A DNA stretch of 64,000 nt from an uncultured Pseudobdellovibrionaceae bacterium (GTDB lineage Bacteria > Bdellovibrionota > Bdellovibrionia > Bdellovibrionales > UBA1609), in assembly GCA_963803705.1 (NCBI GenBank), contig CAWDNU010000004.1, positions 576,001 through 640,000 of the forward strand, in the 5' to 3' direction. The translations under genes were made by a program, and so were the position numbers. Shown here piece by piece: positions 53,906 through 63,817 of this stretch. A model generated the notes under the pieces. The model was not told the DNA's origin and made no database searches. It was given only the letters and a program-made list of their open reading frames with translations. The stretch's first letter is position 1. The number at the start of each line of letters is the position of its first letter.

Positions 53906-54667
53906 TTAATCAATAGAATCAAATTTATGGAACTTAGTCATAAATCGATTCCAACGTATAGTTCTTGGATCACAAAATTGAGTGGTGACATTCTTCTTCG
54001 CACAACTAAATAAAATAAGCTGCACAGGGCCTACTAGATCGTTCACATCAACAAAGCCCCAGCTGCGACTATCACTTGAGGCACTGCGGTGATCGCCCAT
54101 AAAAAAAAGTTTTTCCTTAGGAACATTAAACACTTTTTCTTTTTGATCAACTTGATCATCCATAGGAGCATACATTAAAGTAATTGATTCCTGTTCCATA
54201 TCTGAAACCTTAGAATAACGTTCTTTAAACGCAATCACACCAATAGACTCTTCATAAGGAAAGTCTTCCTTCAAATAGTTCCAGGTTAATGGCACTGGCC
54301 TTGTAGCGACAGGCTGGCCATTAATTTCCAGAACTTGATGGCCTTTAATTTTTATAGAGTCCCCAGGCAAACCCATAAGGCGTTTCACAAAGTACACTTG
54401 GCTTTTTTTTGACCAAAACACCACGGCCATTCCTCTTTTCGGGATCTTTGGACCGAGAAGCCAAGTTTTTGAATAAGGCACCCTTATACCAGAGGCCAAC
54501 TTGTTAACTAAAATATAATCATTGATCATTAAGTTGGGAAACATACTGCCAGAAGGAACAGTAAATGGTTCAAAAAAAAACCACCTTACTGACATCAGAG
54601 CCAGAATTAAACCCACAAATTGCAAACAGACAGAACTTAATTTGGGGCGAAGCTCGTTGTTAGACAT
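53906..54667 (-). CDS. lepB: Signal peptidase I (paralog 2)
   Basis: VPSGSMFP, FVKRLMGLPGD, MGDHRSASSDSR. Confidence 0.88.
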   Translation of the reverse strand: MSNNELRPKLSSVCLQFVGLILALMSVRWFFFEPFTVPSGSMFPNLMINDYILVNKLASGIRVPYSKTWLLGPKIPKRGMAVVFWSKKSQVYFVKRLMGLPGDSIKIKGHQVLEINGQPVATRPVPLTWNYLKEDFPYEESIGVIAFKERYSKVSDMEQESITLMYAPMDDQVDQKEKVFNVPKEKLFFMGDHRSASSDSRSWGFVDVNDLVGPVQLILFSCAKKNVTTQFCDPRTIRWNRFMTKFHKFDSID

Positions 54668-54682
54668 GTCGAACAGCCCTGA

Positions 54683-55447
54683 TCAATGTACCGAATGAAA
54701 AAATCTATTGAAACGAATTGTTGTTGGTTTGCAAAGTGGAACTATGCTGTAAGTTTTCTCACATGACAGCCATACAAACATCGCTTTACCAACAAAATTT
54801 TCAAAAGGAATAAATCTAAATTCAGGCTTCATCAGTCGACTGTCTTTCGAGTGGTACCTATTGTCGCCCATAACAAAATAGTGTCCTTCGGGTACTTGAT
54901 AAGGACCATATTCTTTTTCAAACTCATACTTAGGCAAAAGAACGCTGTAATGATATTTGTTAAGTGTCTCTTCCCAATGAACGTACATAGACAAAGCTTC
55001 CGGGCCTCTGAACTCAAAATCATCAGCACGCAGCCATTCCCAATCTTTTTTGTTTTCATCTGGTACCGATTTCTCGACTAAATTGTCATTGATATATAAA
55101 TTACCTTTTTCATAAAAAATTTTGTCCCCAGGTAACCCGATAACTCGCTTGATGTAGAAGACCTCGTCTTCAGGGTTTCTAAAAACAGCAACTTCACCCC
55201 GATTAGGTCCGCTAAATCTAATCATCCATTTTTTACTGAAAGGGAAGCGGACACCATAGGCCATCTTATTCACAAAAATATGGTCGTGCTTTAGTAAAGT
55301 GGGTAGCATACTGCCAGAAGGAATAACAAAGGCTTCAAGAATCAGCCACCTAATTGTAAGTGCAACCATTATTGCCAAAAATAATGAACCGTGTCCATCT
55401 GTCCAAAATTTTCTGTCTGACAAATTTTTCTTAACTGTAGCTATCAT
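54683..55447 (-). CDS. lepB: Signal peptidase I (paralog 1)
   Basis: IPSGSMLPTL, YIKRVIGLPGD, MGDNRYHSKDSR. Confidence 0.92.
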   Translation of the reverse strand: MIATVKKNLSDRKFWTDGHGSLFLAIMVALTIRWLILEAFVIPSGSMLPTLLKHDHIFVNKMAYGVRFPFSKKWMIRFSGPNRGEVAVFRNPEDEVFYIKRVIGLPGDKIFYEKGNLYINDNLVEKSVPDENKKDWEWLRADDFEFRGPEALSMYVHWEETLNKYHYSVLLPKYEFEKEYGPYQVPEGHYFVMGDNRYHSKDSRLMKPEFRFIPFENFVGKAMFVWLSCEKTYSIVPLCKPTTIRFNRFFHSVH

Positions 55448-55481
55448 TAATTATCCCCGCGCTGCATTTTAGTGTTTTAGA

Positions 55482-57299
55482 TTAACTGTCAGACTTTAGA
55501 ACGGCAAGGAATGCTTTTTGAGGAATTTCTACTTTGCCAATTTGTTTCATCCGCTTTTTGCCTTCTTTTTGCTTTTCTAGAAGTTTTCTTTTCCTAGAAA
55601 TATCACCGCCGTAGCATTTGGCAGTAACGTCTTTTCTTAAAGCTCCGATGGTTTCACGGGCAATAATCTTAGCACCAATCGCAGCCTGAATATTAACTTG
55701 GTATTGCTGCCTAGGAATTATCTCTTTTAATTTTTTAGTCAGATCTCTACCTCTAAATAATGATTTGGATCTGTGAACGATCATAGATAAGGCATCGACT
55801 GGATCAGAGTTGATTAAAACATCCATTTTGACTAGATCTGAAACATCGTAACCATTCAGCTCGTACTCCATCGAGGCATAACCTTTCGTCAAGGATTTTA
55901 ATCGATCGTAAAAATCAAAAACCATCTCATTTAAAGGAAGCCTATATTGAATAACAACTTTTTCAGCCAATATATAATCCATTTTTTTTTGAACTCCACG
56001 CTTATCTTCGCACAGCTTAATTATGGCACCCAGATATTCTGAAGGTGTGTGTACGTCCAACAAAACACAAGGTTCATAAATTGAATCAATTAGGGTAGGG
56101 TCCGGTAGGTTGGAAGGGTTTTCTATTTCGAACTCTTCGCCCTTAACAGTTTTTACTTTATAAACAACTGAAGGAGATGTAGTGATTAGATCTAAATCAA
56201 ATTCTCGCTCTAACCTTTCTTGCACGATTTCCATGTGAAGTAATCCTAGAAAACCGCACCTATATCCAAACCCCAAGGCCAACGAATTCTCGGGCTCAAA
56301 AGTCAACGAAGAGTCATTTAAGCATAATTTGTTTAACGCCTCTTCTAACTCTTTAAAATCAGACGAATCTACTGGAAAGATGCCAGAAAAAACCATAGGT
56401 TTAACTTTCTTAAAACCTGCGAGCGGTATAGTTGCACCTTTTTTTGCGTGGGTTATTGTGTCCCCAACTTGAACTTGCCTTAGCTCTTTTATTCCGCAAA
56501 TGATAAAACCTACTTCACCTGATTCAAGTTGTTTAAGCTCTTTAGGGTGTGGAGTAAATGCCCCTAGCTTTATAACCTCGTGCTCAACGCCTCCGGCCAT
56601 TAACCGAATTCGATCTCTAAGTTTTAGAACACCTTCTTTAAGTCGCACTAGAACCACGACCCCTTGATAACTATCGAACCATGAGTCAAAAATAAGCGCT
56701 CTTAAAGGCTCATCGTTTTTTTGGTCTGGAGGAGGAATTTTTACTATTACCGCTTCCAAGATCTCTTCTATGCCAATCTTACCTTTTGCACTTGCCAATA
56801 TAGCTTCAGACGCGTCTAGCCCAATTACGTCTTCAATTTGCTGTCTCACTTTTTCAGGCTCTGCGGCAGGTAAATCTATTTTATTTAAAACAGGTATGAT
56901 CTCTAAGTTGTTATCAAGTGCCAAATAGACATTTGCAAGGGTTTGCGCTTGCACTCCTTGTGCAGCATCTACAACTAATAAGGCCCCTTCGCAGGCAGCC
57001 AAAGACCTTGAAACTTCGTAACTAAAGTCAACATGTCCGGGTGTGTCGATCAGATTGAATTGATATGTTTTCCCGTCTTTGGCTTTGTAGTTTATCCGAA
57101 CGGTTTGAGCTTTAATGGTAATGCCGCGTTCGCGCTCTATATCCATACTATCGAGATACTGATCTTTATTTTTCATCTCTCTATCTGAAAGAGCACCACT
57201 GAATTTTAGAATTCCATCTGCTAGCGTACTTTTACCGTGATCAATATGAGCAATGATTGAAAAATTTCGTATCAATTCGTTTTTGGTTTCGCTCATCAA
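55482..57299 (-). CDS. lepA: Translation elongation factor 4
   Basis: [47 protein letters not shown]. Confidence 0.97.
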   Translation of the reverse strand: MMSETKNELIRNFSIIAHIDHGKSTLADGILKFSGALSDREMKNKDQYLDSMDIERERGITIKAQTVRINYKAKDGKTYQFNLIDTPGHVDFSYEVSRSLAACEGALLVVDAAQGVQAQTLANVYLALDNNLEIIPVLNKIDLPAAEPEKVRQQIEDVIGLDASEAILASAKGKIGIEEILEAVIVKIPPPDQKNDEPLRALIFDSWFDSYQGVVVLVRLKEGVLKLRDRIRLMAGGVEHEVIKLGAFTPHPKELKQLESGEVGFIICGIKELRQVQVGDTITHAKKGATIPLAGFKKVKPMVFSGIFPVDSSDFKELEEALNKLCLNDSSLTFEPENSLALGFGYRCGFLGLLHMEIVQERLEREFDLDLITTSPSVVYKVKTVKGEEFEIENPSNLPDPTLIDSIYEPCVLLDVHTPSEYLGAIIKLCEDKRGVQKKMDYILAEKVVIQYRLPLNEMVFDFYDRLKSLTKGYASMEYELNGYDVSDLVKMDVLINSDPVDALSMIVHRSKSLFRGRDLTKKLKEIIPRQQYQVNIQAAIGAKIIARETIGALRKDVTAKCYGGDISRKRKLLEKQKEGKKRMKQIGKVEIPQKAFLAVLKSDS

Positions 57300-57332
57300 T
57301 GGTCTCGTATCTGAATTAAAGTATTTGATAAA

Positions 57333-58490
57333 TTAAAGGCATATTTCTTTAAGGCGATCCACTTGGTTTGTTAATTCCCAGGTAAAACCTTGGTCCTCAC
57401 GACCAAAATGTCCATATGCAGCCGTTTTACTATATATTGGTCTTTTTAAGCCGAAGGCCTCTATAATTCCAGAGGGCTTTAAGTTCCAAAGCTCTTTAAC
57501 AGCTTTCTCAATCTTCATAACATCGACTTTGGCTGTTCCATAGTCTTCAACCATAATGCTTGTTGGCTCGGCGATGCCGATAGCGTAAGAAAGCTGCACC
57601 AAAATTTTTTCGGCAAGTCCTGCCTTCACTATATTTTTAGCTATATGGCGTGCCGCATAAGCAGCAGAGCGATCTACTTTTGTAGCGTCCTTACCAGAAA
57701 ATGCACCGCCACCATGAGCACCGTGCCCCCCGTAAGTATCCACAATAATTTTTCGTCCAGTTAACCCGCAGTCACCCTGGGGCCCGCCGACGACAAACCG
57801 TCCAGTGGGGTTGATAAAAAATTTAGTTTTTGCGTCGATATATTTAGCAGGAATGACTTTAGGTATTAGTTGTTCTCGAACGTAACCTTGGATATCGCCA
57901 TTTGAGGCAGTCTCGGAATGCTGAGTTGAAATTACCACTGCGTCAACTCGCTTAACCTCACGCCCACGATATTCAACTGTAATCTGACTTTTGCTGTCAG
58001 GCTTTAAAAAATTAATGGCACCAGATTTTCTATCTTTTGACATCTCTAGCAAAAGTTTGTGAGAGAGAGTCAAAGACAAGGGCATAAGTTCATCGGTTTC
58101 GTTTACGGCGTAACCAAACATCAACCCTTGATCCCCTGCCCCCATTTCTTTTACGGAAGAAGAGTCTACACCCATGGCAATATCGGGACTTTGGCGGTCA
58201 ATCGAATTCAGTACAGAGCAAGTCTTATAATCAAACCCAGCTTCACTTGAATCATACCCAATTTCTTTAATCGTACTACGAGCCACTTCAGGGAAATCAA
58301 CGTAGGCCTTAGTCGAAATTTCCCCAGCAATCATCACAAGGCCAGTTGTCACTAAAGTTTCGCAAGCCACCCGGCTTTCCGGGTCTTGGGCCAAAATAGC
58401 ATCTAGTATTGCATCACTCACTTGATCACTAACTTTATCAGGATGTCCTTCGGAAACTGACTCGCTGGTAAAAAGAAACTGTCTTGACAT
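57333..58490 (-). CDS. metK: S-adenosylmethionine synthetase
   Basis: [28 protein letters not shown]. Confidence 0.97.
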   Translation of the reverse strand: MSRQFLFTSESVSEGHPDKVSDQVSDAILDAILAQDPESRVACETLVTTGLVMIAGEISTKAYVDFPEVARSTIKEIGYDSSEAGFDYKTCSVLNSIDRQSPDIAMGVDSSSVKEMGAGDQGLMFGYAVNETDELMPLSLTLSHKLLLEMSKDRKSGAINFLKPDSKSQITVEYRGREVKRVDAVVISTQHSETASNGDIQGYVREQLIPKVIPAKYIDAKTKFFINPTGRFVVGGPQGDCGLTGRKIIVDTYGGHGAHGGGAFSGKDATKVDRSAAYAARHIAKNIVKAGLAEKILVQLSYAIGIAEPTSIMVEDYGTAKVDVMKIEKAVKELWNLKPSGIIEAFGLKRPIYSKTAAYGHFGREDQGFTWELTNQVDRLKEICL

Positions 58491-58571
58491 AACCTATCCC
58501 CCCCAAAAGTTTTTGGAATCTACCGGTTAGTAGTACCAAAGACTTATCTGGGTGGCAATTCGAAGCTGGTA

Positions 58572-58931
58572 TTAAGCGGCTTTTCGCCTTAATGTGCCCA
58601 TGGCTTGAAGGTTCGCCTTTTGACTTTTTAGACGCCTCATCTTGCTTGATTTAGTTTTTGTTTTTTTCTTTTCGATTTGCTTAGTGACCTTTTCGAAAGT
58701 GCTGTCTATTGCATCAAAATAGTCATCTGTTCTAGCCTTCGCTGTAAAGGTGTCGCCGTCGCTTTCAACTAGAACATTAACTGTTCGTTCATGCCTGTCA
58801 TCCATAAATGTGACCGAAATTTGGAAGGGATGATTGCTCTCATATTTTTTCAATTTAAGAGCTTTTTTTGCGGCATATTCGACTAAATAATTTGACCAAT
58901 TTCTTCTACGAAATGTGTACTTAACTTTCAT
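58572..58931 (-). CDS. hpf: Ribosome hibernation factor HPF/RaiA family (divergent)
   Basis: MKVKYTFR...EYAAKK...AKARTDDYFDAIDSTFEKVTKQIEKKK; rpoN neighbourhood; ATG 58931 after GGAGG. Confidence 0.7.
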   Translation of the reverse strand: MKVKYTFRRRNWSNYLVEYAAKKALKLKKYESNHPFQISVTFMDDRHERTVNVLVESDGDTFTAKARTDDYFDAIDSTFEKVTKQIEKKKTKTKSSKMRRLKSQKANLQAMGTLRRKAA

Positions 58932-59258
58932 AAACTTCCCTCCAAAGATATATAAACACATCGGAGTGGGGCCTAGTGACTTAAGTAAAAAAAACCTTAG
59001 AGTTTTTTTTCAAAAATGACAAAAATTTCGTTTTTTTTTCTTACTTTTCCGTAAACATCGACAGATACATTCTCAAAGGTGTTTACTTCGATTTAAAAAA
59101 AATTTTGAACAGTCAGGTACAACACTTTATTTAAAGTTCAGCGAATTCTTTAGAAGAGTCTCCTATTTTGAACCACTTGGATTTTAAAAAAAAATTGTTA
59201 AGTTAAAATTATTTTTTATGGGTTAGGCAAATATGGTTTTAAATCTCAATCTAGAGCA

Positions 59259-60422
59259 CTATATGGCTAAATAATCGAAACACATTGGGTTACTTGATTT
59301 TAAGTAGCCAGCGTTGGTAGAGAACTGTGATTCATTTAAGTCGGCCAAGCTGATCCTTCCACGTCTATGGGTCCAGGAAAGTTTATTTTTTATATTTAAC
59401 ACTACTTGTGAGGCCTTGCTTGAAGTTACAACCAGGGCTACCAACCCAGCAACACCGTGAGCAGCTAGTGCTAAATAACCTTCACTTACTCCCATGGCGA
59501 TTGAAGAATGCATGATAGTCATAGCGAAACTTTCAGCCCAATTTAAACGAGTTAACTTACGGGTAGTAATACGACCCTCTAGGAACCATTTTCTAAAAGT
59601 TGTGTCCCAAATACCAGTAGTTGCAACGCCCAAGGTTGAATTTGCTAGCATCAACCCTATTAGGTCACCATTAAACATTTGCGAAAGGTCTGACCAGTTT
59701 AAAATGCTTTGTACAGCTAAATTGTAAACTAGAAAGAAAGCAAAATTAGCGCTCATATTTGCTACAATTGGACTGTTATTTTCTAGATGTATATTTCGAT
59801 ATCGCCTGACTTTTTCAACTAGGTTTTCAGCATGTCTTAAATAGCTTTGCCAGTTGTTCACATTAACAATTAAGTAAGCGTAAAGCAGCGAGTTAAGGGC
59901 TACCAAAAATGATTTTTGACCTATAGTAGCGTTGTTAGCAAATACGAACCAATTGATCGCTGCAGTGCCTGTAAAAACGGTTAAGACCACCAAAGCCATT
60001 TTATCTGATATGTAGTAAGAGGCATGATTAGTAAAATGCTTTTGCAGTTGCTTTTTAGGATACTGTAGGTAGTTCATCCCAGGCTTTAATGTGTTCGTCC
60101 ATTCGGACTGGATCTCTGCAGCTCTGTTGGGGTTCACCAGAGTGAGTACTTCGATAGTTTTTGAGGGATCTAATTTAGTTTCAGCACTTCGGGTTTTATT
60201 TAGATACTCTTGTTCACTTTCGTAAATTTCAACTGAAACCTCAGCGGACCCAAGGGATGCTAAATTGTCATTATCTAGGCTTGAAGTATCGGGGTTAGCC
60301 ATTACTATCTGAGAGATAAAAAAGGAAAGCGTCCATAAAATTAAAATGTGGATAAAACTTAGCCTCGAAAAAGGATTGGAATTTATTCTGTTTAGAATTT
60401 TATCATCCATATTCACGTCCAA
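59259..60422 (-). CDS. Hypothetical multi-pass membrane protein
   Basis: 387 aa ORF, signal-like N-terminus, several hydrophobic segments; no family recognised. Confidence 0.65.
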   Translation of the reverse strand: MDVNMDDKILNRINSNPFSRLSFIHILILWTLSFFISQIVMANPDTSSLDNDNLASLGSAEVSVEIYESEQEYLNKTRSAETKLDPSKTIEVLTLVNPNRAAEIQSEWTNTLKPGMNYLQYPKKQLQKHFTNHASYYISDKMALVVLTVFTGTAAINWFVFANNATIGQKSFLVALNSLLYAYLIVNVNNWQSYLRHAENLVEKVRRYRNIHLENNSPIVANMSANFAFFLVYNLAVQSILNWSDLSQMFNGDLIGLMLANSTLGVATTGIWDTTFRKWFLEGRITTRKLTRLNWAESFAMTIMHSSIAMGVSEGYLALAAHGVAGLVALVVTSSKASQVVLNIKNKLSWTHRRGRISLADLNESQFSTNAGYLKSSNPMCFDYLAI

Positions 60423-60528
60423 CTAGCAGGCGAATGGGTTTGAGGACCTGCTACCCCGGTTATCCACATTCAGTGCCAGTTCTGGAAAAGAAAAAAGATG
60501 AGATATATCAATATCTTACATGACGACA

Positions 60529-60566
60529 AAAAATGTCACGATGACATTTTTGCTACCTGAGTGCCG
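60529..60566 (-). promoter_or_regulatory. Sigma54-like promoter with adjacent palindromic operator
   Basis: Minus strand CGGCACTCAGGTAGCA (GG-N10-GC, 60551-60566) followed by AAAAATGTCA-N3-TGACATTTTT (60529-60551). Confidence 0.5.
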
Positions 60567-60654
60567 TGAATTGTCGGTTGTATACCCCTCTGCCGGCTCT
60601 AAACCTTCAGGACATCGTCCAGTCGAAGGGAGCATTTATTCGAAAAATTCATCG

Positions 60655-61161
60655 TTACATCATTAACGCTGGTTCACACTCTGAAAGGTCCGTGCTGTTA
60701 GTAGTGTATAATTCTGCACTTTGGAATTCCGAGTAAAAGCAATGAATCATCGTCTCTGACAGCCCTGCTCGCTCTAAAGAGTTTTTCAGGCTGCAAGAGG
60801 CAGTGACCACCATCTGTGTTAACTCTGGTAAGATTTTCGACCCATAGTAGGTTTGGCCATCATAAATATATCGTTTAGATGGATTATCACTATCTCTGAG
60901 TAATCCAGATTGCACTCCTGCTCTACTTCTAAATTCTTCAGGGGTGATTGCAAAGGAGTCTGCAGTTTTACAAACGACTTTGTGTTTAATTTTGATTAAT
61001 TTACGAATTTCGTTTGGCTCATCTATTTTCTTGATTGGTTCTTTTAATTTAATCTTAGGCCGATAAGCCTTAGGTGGACTTTTGTGGTCTTGCGCTGCAT
61101 TTGAATCTGCTACCTCTGAATCGGCGATAGCAAAGTTGGATAAAGTGAGAATGGCTAATTT
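60655..61161 (-). CDS. Hypothetical secreted protein with damaged start (168 open codons)
   Basis: Frame of 60655..60915 stays open to 61161 (KLAILTLSNFAIADSEV...); in-frame TGA at 61162-61164 next to an out-of-frame GTG AAA. Confidence 0.5.
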   Translation of the reverse strand, partial: KLAILTLSNFAIADSEVADSNAAQDHKSPPKAYRPKIKLKEPIKKIDEPNEIRKLIKIKHKVVCKTADSFAITPEEFRSRAGVQSGLLRDSDNPSKRYIYDGQTYYGSKILPELTQMVVTASCSLKNSLERAGLSETMIHCFYSEFQSAELYTTNSTDLSECEPALMM

Positions 61162-61201
61162 TCACACTGCGGGGGAACACCCTTTGCATCAAAATGCTAC
61201 A

Positions 61202-61417
61202 GTTTAAAACCCAATAAGCATTTCAAATCTACTATATAACTTATAATTGAGCTCGTTGGCGCGAAGCTTTGCTAAAATAATATGTATTATAAATTCGAAG
61301 ATTTTGATCCAACAAAAAATGTAATAAATAACCATGCGCTTTTTGCAAAGCAAGTGACAAGGCCTGCCTCAATTATAAGTTATATAGTAGATTTGAAATG
61401 CTTATTGGGTTTTAAAC
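61202..61417. repeat. Long hairpin element 2: perfect 50-bp inverted repeat plus inner imperfect stem
   Basis: 61202-61251 is the exact reverse complement of 61368-61417; inner GCTTTGC (61266-72) / GCAAAGC (61345-51). Confidence 0.95.
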
Positions 61418-61551
61418 GGTTTTTTCTTAATTTTTATAATCAAGAATTATATCAAAAACAGTAAATTGCGATGAGCCTCTAAAAATACCAATTCTAGTAA
61501 TTAATTCTAGGCATTAGCGTTCCCTTGTTGCCCCAATAACCTTGCTTAGAT

Positions 61552-62982
61552 TCAGAAAAACTTTTTACGCTGACTAGAAGGTAATATCCCAAGTACATCT
61601 CGGTACTTGGCAACTGTTCGCCTAGCTATTTGGAGTCCTTCTTTTTTTAACAAATCCACTATCTTTTGGTCGGATAGTGGTTTTTTGGTATTTTCTTGAG
61701 CCACCAGTGCTTTAATTTTTAGTTTAACGGACTCGGAAGCTAGTGATTCTCCGCCGTCAGATCTAGAAATTCCTGAGTTGAAAAAATATTTCAGTTCAAA
61801 AACACCCAGCGGTGTATGAACGTATTTATTCGTAGTCACACGACTTACAGTGGATTCATGCATTTCAATGTCATTTGCGATATCTTTTAAAATCATAGGA
61901 CGAATGAAAGCAGAACCTTTTTCAAAAAATTCTTGCTGGTGTTTAATAATACTTTCTGTCACTTTGTAAATTGTTTTTTGCCTTTGCTGTATAGACTTAA
62001 TTAACCAAACTGCTGAACGAAGTTTTTCTTGCAAATACTCTTTTGTTTCCTTGCTTCCACCGGGCCCTTGATTCTTAACTAAATCTTTGTACAAATTCGA
62101 AATTTTTAATTTTGGAATTCCATCTTCGTTAAGAGCAACAACATACTCTTCACCCACTTTATAAATATAAACATCAGGCGTTACATAGTGTGTGTCCTCT
62201 GACTGAAAAGCACGACCCGGCTTTGGATCAAACGAAAGGATGATCTTACAAATTTCGATCACTTCTTCAATTTTTAGATTCATTTCTTTTGCGATCTCTT
62301 CGTAGTTCTTTTTTTCAAGATCTTTCAGATGATGCTCTATAACGTGCAAGACATCTTTTGTAGCTTCTTCAAAATGTTCAGCTTGCAAACGTAGGCATTC
62401 TTTTAAGTCGCGACTTCCAACACCCGGGGGATCAAATTCATGCAAAAATGGCAAGATCTCTTCCAGGTCAACTAAAGGAATCTCTTCCTCCTTTGCAATC
62501 TGATCAAGTGGGACTTTGATGTAACCATTGTCGTCAATGTGAGTGATCAGTAAAGATATGTGCTCCATCTCTTCTTCGTTAAAACCACTAAGGCTTGCTT
62601 GCCAGTGCAAGTGATCTTTTAAAGTTTGGGCCTTAGAGATGAAATTGTCGTAATTGATGTCTTCAGGTATGGAAGACGTCGCAGATAAGCCTTTGTACTG
62701 AAGATCAGAATAATCCTCCCAATCAGCTTCTTCTTGAGAACGCGGATCTTGATCTTCATTCTGTTTGTCTTTTTCTTGTGAGACAGAAGATAACTCGGCA
62801 CTTGGATCGTCTTCGACAGTGTCTGCAAATTCTTCTAATAATGGATTCTCATTGATTTCTTTTCGGATCTCGGCTTCAAGCTCCATCCTCGAAAGCTGAA
62901 GCATTTTGATAGCCTGTTGAAGTTGAGGCGTCATTCGCAAATTTTGAGATAATTTTAGGCTTGTCTTTAACTGCATCGACAT
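61552..62982 (-). CDS. rpoN: RNA polymerase sigma-54 factor
   Basis: MTPQLQQAIKMLQLS, HESTVSRVT, RpoN box ARRTVAKYR. Confidence 0.97.
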   Translation of the reverse strand: MSMQLKTSLKLSQNLRMTPQLQQAIKMLQLSRMELEAEIRKEINENPLLEEFADTVEDDPSAELSSVSQEKDKQNEDQDPRSQEEADWEDYSDLQYKGLSATSSIPEDINYDNFISKAQTLKDHLHWQASLSGFNEEEMEHISLLITHIDDNGYIKVPLDQIAKEEEIPLVDLEEILPFLHEFDPPGVGSRDLKECLRLQAEHFEEATKDVLHVIEHHLKDLEKKNYEEIAKEMNLKIEEVIEICKIILSFDPKPGRAFQSEDTHYVTPDVYIYKVGEEYVVALNEDGIPKLKISNLYKDLVKNQGPGGSKETKEYLQEKLRSAVWLIKSIQQRQKTIYKVTESIIKHQQEFFEKGSAFIRPMILKDIANDIEMHESTVSRVTTNKYVHTPLGVFELKYFFNSGISRSDGGESLASESVKLKIKALVAQENTKKPLSDQKIVDLLKKEGLQIARRTVAKYRDVLGILPSSQRKKFF

Positions 62983-63091
62983 GAAACACTTTCCTTTGCC
63001 CCGGTATTTACAATTCCTACCTTAAGGGCTTTATGCCCCAAGCTTTATAGTTTCCACCCTGAAGGTTTCATAGCTAAACGCCTTGAGGGCT

Positions 63092-63814
63092 TTATAATTT
63101 AAAGTTGTCACCTAAGTAAAACTCTTTGGCCAAAGCCGATTCGGTGATCTCTATAGGAGTACCTTCGACAATAACCGTGCCAGACTTTAGTAAATATGCA
63201 TATTCGCAGATCTCTAAAGTTTCTCTAACATTGTGGTCAGTAATGAAAATTCCCAAACCCTTAGACTGTAGCTTTTTGATAATTTTTTTTATCTCAGCCA
63301 CTGCCAAAGGATCAATGCCCGCAAAGGGTTCGTCCAGAAATAAAAACTTAGGCTCACCAGCTAAAGCTCTTGCAATCTCAACGCGGCGTCTCTCGCCGCC
63401 AGACAAGCTCATCCCCTGACTTTTCCGGATACTCTCAAGTCCGAAATCGGACAGTAGCTCTTGCAGCTTTAAAGCCCTTTTCTGAGCATTAAACTCTTGA
63501 ATTTCCAAAGCTACATTTATGTTCTCTTCCACAGTCATTTTTCTAAATATACTAGCTTCTTGCGGTAAATAGCTTATACCTTTTTTCGCTTTTTGAGACA
63601 ATTTATCATGAGTGATATCCTCACCATCTAAAAGAATCTGACCCTTATCAGGATCAACCACACCAAGAGTCATGTAAAAGCTTGTTGTCTTGCCTGCACC
63701 ATTAGGACCTAAAAGACCGATTATTTGCTCGCTTTCAACAGTGAATGAAGCTCCTTGAACAACTTTTTTAGATTTGTAACTCTTATGTATATTTTTTACT
63801 TCTAATTTTGCCAT
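63092..63814 (-). CDS. lptB: LPS export ABC ATPase LptB
   Basis: GPNGAGKTTSF, YLPQEASIFR, LSGGERRRVEIARAL, DEPFAGIDP, TDHNVRETL. Confidence 0.95.
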   Translation of the reverse strand: MAKLEVKNIHKSYKSKKVVQGASFTVESEQIIGLLGPNGAGKTTSFYMTLGVVDPDKGQILLDGEDITHDKLSQKAKKGISYLPQEASIFRKMTVEENINVALEIQEFNAQKRALKLQELLSDFGLESIRKSQGMSLSGGERRRVEIARALAGEPKFLFLDEPFAGIDPLAVAEIKKIIKKLQSKGLGIFITDHNVRETLEICEYAYLLKSGTVIVEGTPIEITESALAKEFYLGDNFKL

Positions 63815-63817
63815 ATT

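Noticed and set aside
58491..58571. SAM riboswitch upstream of metK
   Set aside because: Only 81 bp, mostly taken up by a plausible sigma70 promoter (TTGCCA-17-TACTAC); no SAM-I/II motifs seen.
24886..61417. Hairpin elements as integron attC sites, classical MITEs or retron msDNA
   Set aside because: R/L box spacing does not fit attC, TIRs are not shared between copies, no clear target duplication, and no integrase, transposase or reverse transcriptase in the window.
61282..61464. 60-aa ORF inside hairpin element 2
   Set aside because: No SD, runs through the inverted-repeat arm, no family features.
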